Positions 44,767 to 53,730 of a DNA stretch of 64,000 bases are shown here, in pieces; within the stretch, counting starts at the first letter, position 1; the number at the start of each line of letters is the position of its first letter. A program made the translations under genes and the position numbers. The notes beneath the pieces were generated by a model. The model was not told the origin of the DNA. It saw nothing but the letters and a program-made list of their open reading frames with translations, and searched no databases. Location: contig CBFFRQ010000042.1 in NCBI GenBank assembly GCA_965644315.1, forward strand, positions 661,042 through 725,041, written 5' to 3'. Source of the stretch: Caecitellus pseudoparvulus (Eukaryota > Protista > Bigyra: Bicosoecida).

Positions 44767-47700
44767 TCACTCACTTTCTTGCTCCTCTGCCGCGCCACCT
44801 CGCCCGGGAGTGAGGTGGCTTGGCATGGTCCAGGCGGCAGGCGTGGCGGCCGTGTAGCGGGCTCGCCGCGCGAGGTCCGCGGCGGGCTGCCCGCGTTCCA
44901 CACCTGCGCCCCGAAGTTGGGCATCTACCACGTGATCAAACACGGCCCCACAGTACCGGATGCACGTTTTCAGGACTTTCGTCCATCCGGGAGGTGCGGC
45001 GACCACCTCGTGGGGCCAGTAGAAACTTTTGCCGTCAGCGGCACCCCCAGAATTCGGGAGCAACTTTTGCCGCAAGGGCCCAGCAAATGCCTCCAGTGCT
45101 TCAGCGGCTTTCACTGGGTCTTGGTCCAGTAGATGGGTCGAGTTTCGGACTGGAACACGCAACCGTTCCATGTGTGGTGCCGTGAGGGCAGCACAAGTTG
45201 CGTGATCCCAGTCCGCACACTCGGGTGCTCCCGTGGGCCACTGACCGCACAGGGCGAGCCGCTTCAGCAGCGCCCGGGTGTTCTGGCATGAGATACGTGT
45301 TCCAGTGTCCAGCTGGCAGCCAGCCTGCACCGCTGTGTGCAGGCTTTCTGGAATGGTGACGTATCTCAGGGGTGGGTGCCGGAGGGCCTCGGCCGTCGGC
45401 CGCCTCGGCACAGCGGTTGACTTTGCCGCTTCGTCACAGTCCTGCATGTTCTGCGCTGCCTCTCGGAAGAACGCCAGACGTTCTAGAGATACTGAGGGGC
45501 AGTCCAGCAGAATGTGGTCTAAAATGAACCCCGCATCGCGTATTTCGGGGTCCAAACACAGAGGACATGCGATATACGGCGTCAGGAGTGCACCCGGATG
45601 CAGGAGCTGCTGTGTCTGCAGCATGAACACCTTCGGCAACCAACTTCTGTCAGGATGACAGGCGGTCCAAGCACTACAGGGAACACTTGGAATCGGATGC
45701 AGTTCCGCGTGTGTTCGCGCTCGGATGTCCAAATGGTGAGGCCTCGGCGAGAGCGTCGGATTCACTCTTTTGTCGCCTGTTTCTCCTCGAGGCGAGTGGC
45801 CCGGGTACTCAGCAGGTAGGAACATGGTCTCCCGGTACATGTCTGTTCTTTGCGTTCGTGCAATGAACAAGTACGACTCCAGGAGGTCCAAACGCTGCCT
45901 CAACGTGAAAGTGGCCGGGAAGTCAACCGACCTGTCGAACCTCGCAGAGGCCACAGGAACACTTGTTGCGACGAACAACTTCGGGCCGTTTTGGGCCGTG
46001 TTCTTGGGCAGCTTTAAGGCCTTTTGGAGAGATCGCATCTCTTCGTGTAGGGCCGTGGTGTCCCGATTTCCGCTCAAATCGTGCCACCTCGCGGCCATGG
46101 CCAGAACGCCGAACACACCTTCGTGGTACCCCAACAGGCGCAACTCAAGTAGGGGTCTGACCGCCCACGGAGTGCCTGTACCGTAAAAGGTGTGCTTTGA
46201 TGCCGCTACGTCTTCCAAAAGTAGGGCCGACGGGACCCTCTCGTCCGGGACGTCCGCGACCATCATTCGGCCCTGCCACACGCTCACCATCAGAACTTTG
46301 AAAGCAGGCGAATCCACCACAGCCTGCTTAAGTGTCCGGACTATGAAACCAATGCGACTTCGCATCGTGCGCATGTGTGTCAGAGGAATACCAGCCGCTG
46401 CAAGGACCGCGCCGTGTTGGACGCGCATCGGATGAAGCTGAAAACCGAACACGGATTTGTCCAGAACACTGCCAACGGCATTGTCGCACATGCGATTGGG
46501 CATGAGCGAGTGTTTGCCAGTGATTGCCAGTGTGTAGTCCGCTGCAGCGACCACTGAGGTCCTCAAAAGGCGGTGCGCTGCCGATGGGGCGAGCCATTCG
46601 GCCGCAGAAATCGCCACAGAAGAATGCCCAGCCATGCTCAAGGTGGTTGCGGCATGTCGACAAGTCACTTTATGCTGTGTGTAAAGCTTGGCCTGTAACG
46701 GTGTTCCTAAGTACTCGTACTCGGCGACGAGAGGAATCCGCTTTCCGTCGACGGTCAGCGCCTGTGACTCCGCAGCAAGGCGTTTCTTTGATCTGACGAC
46801 AAGCATCTGAACTCGGCCCATGCGATAGGAAAGAAGCGGGGATGATCGCATGATCATGATGGCCGACTTGGAGGCGTTGACTCTGAGCCCAAGCAGCGCC
46901 CCGACCCGCCTGACGATGGTGATCGCACGGATCACGGCGTCCGCGCTGTCTACGACGAGTCCCAGGTCGTCTGCGTACAGCGCATGGCTGAATCGGGGTC
47001 CAGTGTGGACTGGGTCCCCCTTTGAATGCAGTAGCTTGACCCCCAGTGTCGGTTTTTCCCCCGTTCCCTCCCCCGGAATGTGGTTCAAGGAGAGCGCACG
47101 GGACACCAGGTCGACCGCGATCTTGAATAGGAGGGGCGAGAGGACGCTTCCTTGCGCTACGCCACTGGTCGCGTGAATGGCCTCGGTCATGCCGTGTTCC
47201 GTGTCGATGCAGACGCTGGCGTTCTCGATGAAATCCACGAGGAGTCGCCTGGTGGTGCGGTCCAGCGGCAGGTGGTCTAACAGCACGCGCAACGCCCTGT
47301 GATCAACGGAGTCGAAAGCCTTTCGAAAGTCGATAAACACGGCGAAAACGGCCAGTGGAGGGCTCTTCTTGGGTCCAATGTCCCGGGAACACGTCGCAGT
47401 CGCTGTTCTCAGTGCTGTTCTTGGTCCTTCGAGCATCGCAAAAACGTGCTCGTGGCACCCGCGGCCTCTGGAGAACCCTGCTTGCTGCGGAGTGATGAGG
47501 CCTTGGACGGCTTGTTCCAGCCTGAATGCAAGAACACTGTTCACCAGCTTGCTCAGCGGGCTCCGGCACACGATCAGCCGGTAGGTCGACGCGACCCCGG
47601 GGGTCTGACCCTTCTTTGCGAGCAGTACTCCCTTGCCGTGGTGCAGCTCCCGTGGCAGGAGACCGTCTCCCTTCACCAGGTGCTGTAGCGTCTCTGCGAG

Positions 47701-50700
47701 GCATCTCAGAACATCCGGGCCTGCGTAGGCCCAGTGTTCGGCCTTGAGTTCCGACAGACCACTGCTGCGGTGTTTCCGCAGTGACTTGGTCGCTCTGAGG
47801 ACCGCCTCAAAGTTGAAGATTTTCGGCTCTCCAGAGGCTCCCGAGTCACTCCCTGCGGAAATTGGAGGAAGCAGACCCTCAAAGTGGGCTGCACTGAGTC
47901 CGTCCAAGTCGGTACTGGGTGGCTGTGCTATCACAGATCTCATCTGAGAATGCAAGATTTTCACCACCTGGGCCGGCTCGGTCACCGCCTGGCCGGCCTG
48001 CAGCGCGAGGCCAGTTGGCGCCAGGCCTCCGGCTCTTCGGCCCAGCGCACGGCAGATGAGTTGATGCGCCGTGAAAGGGTGCTCCTTGGCGAGCATGTTG
48101 ATATGCTTCCTTAGCCTGGAGGCGGTCTCCTTCTTAAAATCGGCCTTCGCGCGAGCCACCTCGTTGTGAGCCGCCCTGCAGCGCAGGGTCGATTCTCGGA
48201 GACTAACTTCTAAACTAGAGATCGCCAGGGCACGCCGCCTTGCAGCCGAGTCACCTGAAGGGTGTTCTTCCAGATGGTGTGTTCGGAGTCGTCTCAACTT
48301 GCGCCGGAGTCTCCGGACCTCTGCAACTTTTTGGTTGCGTTTGCGGCGGGCCGGCCGCAGGCCATGGTCGGCCCTGGAACTCCTGCCCCTGGCGAAGACA
48401 GCGCATGCCGCTTTGTGCAGGACTCGGCCGATGTGACCCAAGGAGGGTGGTATGTGCGGTGTTCCGGCCCGCGGCCCCTGAGTGTTCTTGGCACTCTGGG
48501 CCAGCCTATCGCCAGCATGTCTGGCGTACTGGGTGACCCGGGTAGAGGTTTGGAACACACCGGGGTCTTCGAATGGGGCCACCGGCCTGCGAGTGTTCCG
48601 TGTTCGGCCTGGGGAGGCTGTGGCACCGTGCAGCGTGACCGTACAATGCACCAAAGCGTGGTCCGAGAGCAGCAGGTCCTGTGGGGACCTGGCGTCGCCC
48701 GTGCTGAAGGTGGTCACCACTCTTCCGTGTTCCGCGCGTTCGTACACGGGCCTGGACAGGCATATGTGGTCCAGGCACCGTCCGTACTTCATGTGGGTCG
48801 CGTTTCCTGACCCCGGGCTCGGCAAGAGACCGTGCTGGTGGGTCCATCTGTCGAAGGATCCGACGTCGGATGCCGGCTTCTTCGGTGTTCCAGGACAGGA
48901 CCACCCCATCCGCTCCCAGAACTGCATCCCCCCTGTTCCGGGATGGCAGTTGAAGTCGCCAAGGAACGCCAGCTGGTGGGTGGGGCCGTAGCGGCTCGCC
49001 AAGAGCTCGAGGCCAGCCCAGACTTCGGCCCGGTCTGGCAGGGCGCCCGTGTCCACCTGTTCCACGTCCATGTCCCGTGTTCCAGTTGAAGGTGGAACAC
49101 CGGGACGGTGGTCCACACCTTGTTCAGGCGGGCTAACTCTCGCGTGCTTCCGCGTGATGCTGTGCGGCCGCAGTACCGGCATGTACACGCCTACCACCAG
49201 CAGCGGCGGTGACACCGCGTCCACCTCCGCCACCACAAGGCAGCGCCCGTCCACCTGGCTCTCCTGCTCCGGTAGGAACCTGGGTCGGAGCCGGTCGTCC
49301 ACGATCATGGCCACCTCGCTGCGACCGCCGTCCTGTTGGACTGGTGGGCGGTACGACCTCATGCCGTGTTGAGCCAGGGACGGCATGCCCACCCCGCCCG
49401 GCTCCGTCACCACCAGGACCAGAGCGGCGGTGTCCGGGGTCACTGACTCCACAGCGGACAGCACCAGCTCCGGGTACATGCTGTGGGACTTCCACGTGTT
49501 CCACGTCGCCAGCGACACCGAGATGGGTCTCGTGCGTACTGGGCCGCCCTCAGCCCAAGTTCCGCACGGCTGCCCCGCAGCGCCTTCAGAGCTGTTCCGC
49601 GGCACCTCCGCGGAACCGGGAACACCTGTTGCGGCACCGGGGGCAGCGTGACCTCCTACGACGTCTACGAAATCCATGGCCTGTGATGCAGGTCGCATGG
49701 ACCACACCACGCCCATGGCCGCCTGTATAGTCACATGCGGCCACGGGCCCAGCGTGTGCTGCCACATCTCCCGCCGCCATAGCGGAAAGGAGTCAACCAC
49801 CGAGGGTAGTGACTCCCTACGCGACCGGGGAACGGCCTCCACGTACGTGCGGTGGGCGTGGAGGAAGAGCGGCGTTCCCGCGCGTTTCATCTCGTCCTCC
49901 TCGTTCCACGTGCGACGACATGGAGGGTGGCGCCGTAACAAGCCGTGAAGTGCGCAAGCTAAGCGTAACCGGGCATCCACCATGCCCTCCCTGCCATGCG
50001 AGGCCGGAACACACGTGTAGACCGTGAACATGGCCTCGAGGCAGAGGGGCATGGGTGGCTCCCCGGTTTCGGGCAGAGGTCCGTGCACCTCCACCCAGCT
50101 GTCCCTGTCCGGGGTGTCCGGATCGATGATGGTGGTGCATTGGTTGACGTGGTCGAAGACCAGCGTGGCCACGTGGCCCTGGTCCGTTTTCGACTTCATC
50201 AACCCCACCGCGAACGCAGCCCGCTTCGAGTCATCAAGAGCGAGACTTTCGTTCGTAAGTTCGACGAGCAGGACCAGGGATGCGAGAAGCATCCGAGGTG
50301 GCCATGACTCGTCGGGGCCCACGTGTGCACTGGCCATGTGGACGGCTCTGGCCGCGGACATCAGTGGTCCCAGTGTGTCCCCCGCCTCCGATGGGCTAAG
50401 TGACATAGCTGCGGAACTCATGCTCTCCACCGGACCTGGACACGACGCGATGCGTAACGCGTTCTCCAGGATGGTCGCATGTCGGAAGTGCGTCGTCCAC
50501 ATGCTTCCGCTCGGGGTGTCTTGTAGAAGCGTTTGAAGGACCGCCTGGCCGCATGAGCTGCCTGTCGTGTTGACGAAGGTCCTCTCAAGCCCAAGGGCAT
50601 GGAGGGGGTGGCCCTTGGGCGTGCGGCGGAAGTCAAGCGTCGGCGTCCGGGCGTGTTCCTGTGCCAGGACCCGGGGAAGGTCCCTGGAGCCTGTTGCTGC

Positions 50701-53106
50701 CGCACCAGCTTGGTCGCGGAGCCACGCCGCTTGACTTCGCGTGCGACCTGGGTGTCGGACCTCAGGTAGCGTTTCGTCCGGCCCCGCCGCGGCATCCTCG
50801 CCCGCACCCGCGCATGCTGGAGCCAGCGAATCCTGGGAGACTTCGAGGTCGATGATGGGCGACTCAAGATCGCGAGTTGCGGTCAGAAAGGCGGTGGAGG
50901 CGCGTGCTACTGCTGCGTGGGCAGCTTGCAGATAGTCGTCGTCACCTGTCGCAGCATCTTCGCGCCACTTCGTCGTGGGGAACAAAGTTCCGCAGGTCGG
51001 CACTTCCGACACCTCAGCATCCGCAATGAGGGTTGTCACAGGCTCCCCTTCGCGATGGTCGGTCCTGGCGGTCGCGGACTCGCCACGTTGGCCCTGTTGG
51101 CCTCGCGGTGACGGTGAAGCATCACGCCGTTCTACCCCAAGTTCCGCAAGGGGGTGGTGAGTGGCAGTCTTGGCGGCGTCTGTTACATCTTCTTCTCCAT
51201 GAGTACTTTTCGCAGGTGGGATGGGGCTGGTGGGCGCCCCGGCCGCCTCCGCCTCGACACCACGAGTGTGTCGGCGGTCTCGGCCGGGGTGGGTGGTGAC
51301 CACCTCAACTTCCGCAGGTGCCTGCCCGCCTGTCCCGCCACGCCTGCCCTCCGCGGGGAGAGCGGGGCTGGTGGGCGCCCCGGCCGCCTCCGCCTCGACA
51401 CCACGGGTGTGTCGGCGGTCTCGGCAGGGGTGGGTGGTGATCACCTCAACTTCCGCAGGTGCCTGCCCGCCTGTCCCGCCACGCCTGCCCTCCGCGGGGA
51501 GAGCGGGGCTGGTGGGCGCCCCGGCCGCCTCCGCCTCGACACCTCGAGTGTGTCGGCGGTTCCGGCCGGGGTGGGTGGTGATCACCTCAACTTCCGCAGG
51601 TGCCTGCCCGCCTGTCCCGCCACGCCTGCTTTCCGCGGGGAGAGCGGGGCTGGTGGGCGCCCCGGCCGCCTCCGCCTCGACACCTCGAGTGTGTCGGCGG
51701 TTCCGGCCGGGGTGGGTGGTGATCACCTCAACTTCCGCAGGTGCCTGCCCGCCTGTCCCGCCACGCCTGCCCTCCGCGGGGAGAGCGGGGCTGGTGGGCG
51801 CCCCGGCCGCCTCCGCCTCGACACCACGAGTGTGTCGGCGGTTCCGGCCGGGGTGGGTGGTGATCACCTCAACTTCCGCAGGTGCCTGCCCGCCTGTCCC
51901 GCCACGCCTGCCCTCCGCGGGGAGAGCGGGGCTGGTGGGCGCCCCGGCCGCCTCCGCCTCGACACCACGGGTGTGTCGGCGGTTCCGGCCGGGGTGGGTG
52001 GTGATCACCTCAACTTCCGCAGGTGCCTGCCCGCCTGTCCCGCCACGCCTGCCTTCCGTGGGGAGAGCGGGGCTGGTGGGCGCCCCGGCCGCCTCCGCCT
52101 CGACACCACGGGTGTGTCGGCGGTCTCGGCCGGGGTGGGTGGTGATCACCTCAACTTCCGCAGGTGCCTGCCCGCCTGTCCCGCCACGCCTGCCTTCCGT
52201 GGGGAGAGCGGGGCTGGTGGGCGCCCCGGCCGCCTCCGCCTCGACACCACGGGTGTGTCGGCGGTCTCGGCCGGGGTGGGTGGTGATCACCTCAACTTCC
52301 GCAGGTGCCTGCCCGCCTGTCCCGCCACGCCTGCTTTCCGCGGGGAGAGCGGGGCTGGTGGGCGCCCCGGCCGCCTCCGCCTCGACACCACGAGTGTGTC
52401 GGCGGTTCCGGCCGGGGTGGGTGGTGATCACCTCAACTTCCGCAGGTGCCTGCCCGCCTGTCCCGCCATGCCTGCCCTCCGCGGGGAGAGCGGGGCTGGT
52501 GGGCGCCCCGGCCGCCTCCGCCTCGACACCACGGGTGTGTCGGCGGTTCCGGCCGGGGTGGGTGGTGATCACCTCAACTTCCGCAGGTGCCTGCCCGCCT
52601 GTCCCGCCACGCCTGCCCTCCGCGGGGAGAGCGGGGCTGGTGGGCGCCCCGGCCGCCTCCGCCTCGACACCACGGGGGCGGTCTTCGAGGTCTTCACGGC
52701 ATTTAGCTAGAAGGAAGGCTACCTGTTCGTCGAGGCTGATGTTGTAGTCAAGCGCGGACGTCCAATCGTACTTGGCAGTGGCTTTCGCGGTTTTCGTTGG
52801 TACAGTGGTACGTGAAGCAGCGTTTCCTGTCTTCGAAGGCCTCACCGACCTGTCGAGCTTGGAGCATTTGCTCGTCGAACTGTGCGGTATGGGTGAAACG
52901 CTTTGGGGCAGAGCTGTCGCTTCTGCGTTTGCGCTGGGAGTGGTCTGATGAGCCGAAGCAGGACATTGAGTGGTCAGATCGGCACGAGCAGTTGTGTCTA
53001 GTTCCTTTTTGCTTTCCGTGGGTGATGAAACGTCATGGCGGATATTTGCCGCCGCCCGTTTAGCAGTGTTTCCAGTGTGTTGCCCGCCTTGCTTCCGGTG
53101 CAGGGT
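44767..53106 (-). CDS. E1 polyprotein: repeat region, papain-like protease, APE endonuclease, RT, CCHC finger (frame open to the 5' junction, no initiator ATG)
   Basis: APE: LATWN, VTE, GVYMP, LGDFN, LDHI, SDH (about 48640-49525). RT: YRLI, QQAGF, FIDFRKAFDSVDH, GVAQGSVLSPLLF, LYADDL, VNASKS, YEYLG (about 46690-47760). Zn knuckle CPLC..HILLDC (about 45500-45570). Confidence 0.93.
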   Translation of the reverse strand, partial: TLHRKQGGQHTGNTAKRAAANIRHDVSSPTESKKELDTTARADLTTQCPASAHQTTPSANAEATALPQSVSPIPHSSTSKCSKLDRSVRPSKTGNAASRTTVPTKTAKATAKYDWTSALDYNISLDEQVAFLLAKCREDLEDRPRGVEAEAAGAPTSPALPAEGRRGGTGGQAPAEVEVITTHPGRNRRHTRGVEAEAAGAPTSPALPAEGRHGGTGGQAPAEVEVITTHPGRNRRHTRGVEAEAAGAPTSPALPAESRRGGTGGQAPAEVEVITTHPGRDRRHTRGVEAEAAGAPTSPALPTEGRRGGTGGQAPAEVEVITTHPGRDRRHTRGVEAEAAGAPTSPALPTEGRRGGTGGQAPAEVEVITTHPGRNRRHTRGVEAEAAGAPTSPALPAEGRRGGTGGQAPAEVEVITTHPGRNRRHTRGVEAEAAGAPTSPALPAEGRRGGTGGQAPAEVEVITTHPGRNRRHTRGVEAEAAGAPTSPALPAESRRGGTGGQAPAEVEVITTHPGRNRRHTRGVEAEAAGAPTSPALPAEGRRGGTGGQAPAEVEVITTHPCRDRRHTRGVEAEAAGAPTSPALPAEGRRGGTGGQAPAEVEVVTTHPGRDRRHTRGVEAEAAGAPTSPIPPAKSTHGEEDVTDAAKTATHHPLAELGVERRDASPSPRGQQGQRGESATARTDHREGEPVTTLIADAEVSEVPTCGTLFPTTKWREDAATGDDDYLQAAHAAVARASTAFLTATRDLESPIIDLEVSQDSLAPACAGAGEDAAAGPDETLPEVRHPGRTRSQAAWLRDQAGAAATGSRDLPRVLAQEHARTPTLDFRRTPKGHPLHALGLERTFVNTTGSSCGQAVLQTLLQDTPSGSMWTTHFRHATILENALRIASCPGPVESMSSAAMSLSPSEAGDTLGPLMSAARAVHMASAHVGPDESWPPRMLLASLVLLVELTNESLALDDSKRAAFAVGLMKSKTDQGHVATLVFDHVNQCTTIIDPDTPDRDSWVEVHGPLPETGEPPMPLCLEAMFTVYTCVPASHGREGMVDARLRLACALHGLLRRHPPCRRTWNEEDEMKRAGTPLFLHAHRTYVEAVPRSRRESLPSVVDSFPLWRREMWQHTLGPWPHVTIQAAMGVVWSMRPASQAMDFVDVVGGHAAPGAATGVPGSAEVPRNSSEGAAGQPCGTWAEGGPVRTRPISVSLATWNTWKSHSMYPELVLSAVESVTPDTAALVLVVTEPGGVGMPSLAQHGMRSYRPPVQQDGGRSEVAMIVDDRLRPRFLPEQESQVDGRCLVVAEVDAVSPPLLVVGVYMPVLRPHSITRKHARVSPPEQGVDHRPGVPPSTGTRDMDVEQVDTGALPDRAEVWAGLELLASRYGPTHQLAFLGDFNCHPGTGGMQFWERMGWSCPGTPKKPASDVGSFDRWTHQHGLLPSPGSGNATHMKYGRCLDHICLSRPVYERAEHGRVVTTFSTGDARSPQDLLLSDHALVHCTVTLHGATASPGRTRNTRRPVAPFEDPGVFQTSTRVTQYARHAGDRLAQSAKNTQGPRAGTPHIPPSLGHIGRVLHKAACAVFARGRSSRADHGLRPARRKRNQKVAEVRRLRRKLRRLRTHHLEEHPSGDSAARRRALAISSLEVSLRESTLRCRAAHNEVARAKADFKKETASRLRKHINMLAKEHPFTAHQLICRALGRRAGGLAPTGLALQAGQAVTEPAQVVKILHSQMRSVIAQPPSTDLDGLSAAHFEGLLPPISAGSDSGASGEPKIFNFEAVLRATKSLRKHRSSGLSELKAEHWAYAGPDVLRCLAETLQHLVKGDGLLPRELHHGKGVLLAKKGQTPGVASTYRLIVCRSPLSKLVNSVLAFRLEQAVQGLITPQQAGFSRGRGCHEHVFAMLEGPRTALRTATATCSRDIGPKKSPPLAVFAVFIDFRKAFDSVDHRALRVLLDHLPLDRTTRRLLVDFIENASVCIDTEHGMTEAIHATSGVAQGSVLSPLLFKIAVDLVSRALSLNHIPGEGTGEKPTLGVKLLHSKGDPVHTGPRFSHALYADDLGLVVDSADAVIRAITIVRRVGALLGLRVNASKSAIMIMRSSPLLSYRMGRVQMLVVRSKKRLAAESQALTVDGKRIPLVAEYEYLGTPLQAKLYTQHKVTCRHAATTLSMAGHSSVAISAAEWLAPSAAHRLLRTSVVAAADYTLAITGKHSLMPNRMCDNAVGSVLDKSVFGFQLHPMRVQHGAVLAAAGIPLTHMRTMRSRIGFIVRTLKQAVVDSPAFKVLMVSVWQGRMMVADVPDERVPSALLLEDVAASKHTFYGTGTPWAVRPLLELRLLGYHEGVFGVLAMAARWHDLSGNRDTTALHEEMRSLQKALKLPKNTAQNGPKLFVATSVPVASARFDRSVDFPATFTLRQRLDLLESYLFIARTQRTDMYRETMFLPAEYPGHSPRGETGDKRVNPTLSPRPHHLDIRARTHAELHPIPSVPCSAWTACHPDRSWLPKVFMLQTQQLLHPGALLTPYIACPLCLDPEIRDAGFILDHILLDCPSVSLERLAFFREAAQNMQDCDEAAKSTAVPRRPTAEALRHPPLRYVTIPESLHTAVQAGCQLDTGTRISCQNTRALLKRLALCGQWPTGAPECADWDHATCAALTAPHMERLRVPVRNSTHLLDQDPVKAAEALEAFAGPLRQKLLPNSGGAADGKSFYWPHEVVAAPPGWTKVLKTCIRYCGAVFDHVVDAQLRGAGVERGQPAADLARRARYTAATPAAWTMPSHLTPGRGGAAEEQESE
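51223..52675 (-). repeat. 141-bp (47-aa) tandem repeat, about 10.3 copies, inside the E1 ORF
   Basis: ggggctggtgggcgccccggccgcctccgcctcgacacc recurs at 51223, 51364, 51505 ... 52633. Confidence 0.97.
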
Positions 53107-53730
53107 CTAGGTTAGCTACTCAATGCATTGCAGATTGCCTCCATGCAGGCTACATCATGGTACAGCTTGGGCTTGGACATGTGGTGCCACCTGCGCCACA
53201 ACAGAATGCAGTGACACAGACACCACGACGGCACCGCTTGCACGGCTTTGCGACTAGCACAGACTCGTGTCCGTTGTATAAGTCGCCGTCTGTCTTGGCG
53301 CTTCAGCGCCCGCCCCGGTGGGATGGTCTTGAGGTGTAGGTCCAGGTCTCGGTCCACTCTTGTCTTGTCCGTCCAGTCCAGTCTCGTCCGTCTCGGTCCG
53401 ATGTCCAGGGGTGGAGACCCGACTTGCTTGGCTTGGGTGGCGGTGTGGGCTGGAGGATATGGACTCGACACGGACTGGGTGTTGCTGAGATGCAAGCACA
53501 CGACCCAGCCCGGCTGTCCCTTCGGCTCAGGTTTGGGGGCGGCCTCACAGATCTTGCTGCAAGTGCCTTCCCCTTCCACTGAGCCGAGTCCTGATGTGTT
53601 GGTATCGATGTTGGGTTGGTGATGGTGAGGTTGGGTTGGACTTTCCAATGTCCGATGTCAGCTATGTGCGTCGGTCGCGACACAAAGCTTCAGTCATGTG
53701 TGGCACAGGGAGTATGCCCCCACAGGTGAC

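Larger units (their letters stand above)
44393..53106 (-). mobile_element. E1: APE-type non-LTR retrotransposon, 5'-truncated, telomere-array member
   Basis: Single long protease-APE-RT-CCHC ORF; 3' boundary GGTTAGG at 44393 plus CAATGCATTG at 44405; 5' boundary at the degenerate telomeric junction AGGGTCTAGGTTAG (53102-53115). Confidence 0.9.

Noticed and set aside
44767-45500. C-terminal restriction-like endonuclease (Dualen-type dual endonuclease)
   Set aside because: No RH/PD..(D/E)xK pattern is visible after the CCHC finger in E1 or E3; only LxLCGQWP is shared. An HHpred search would settle it.
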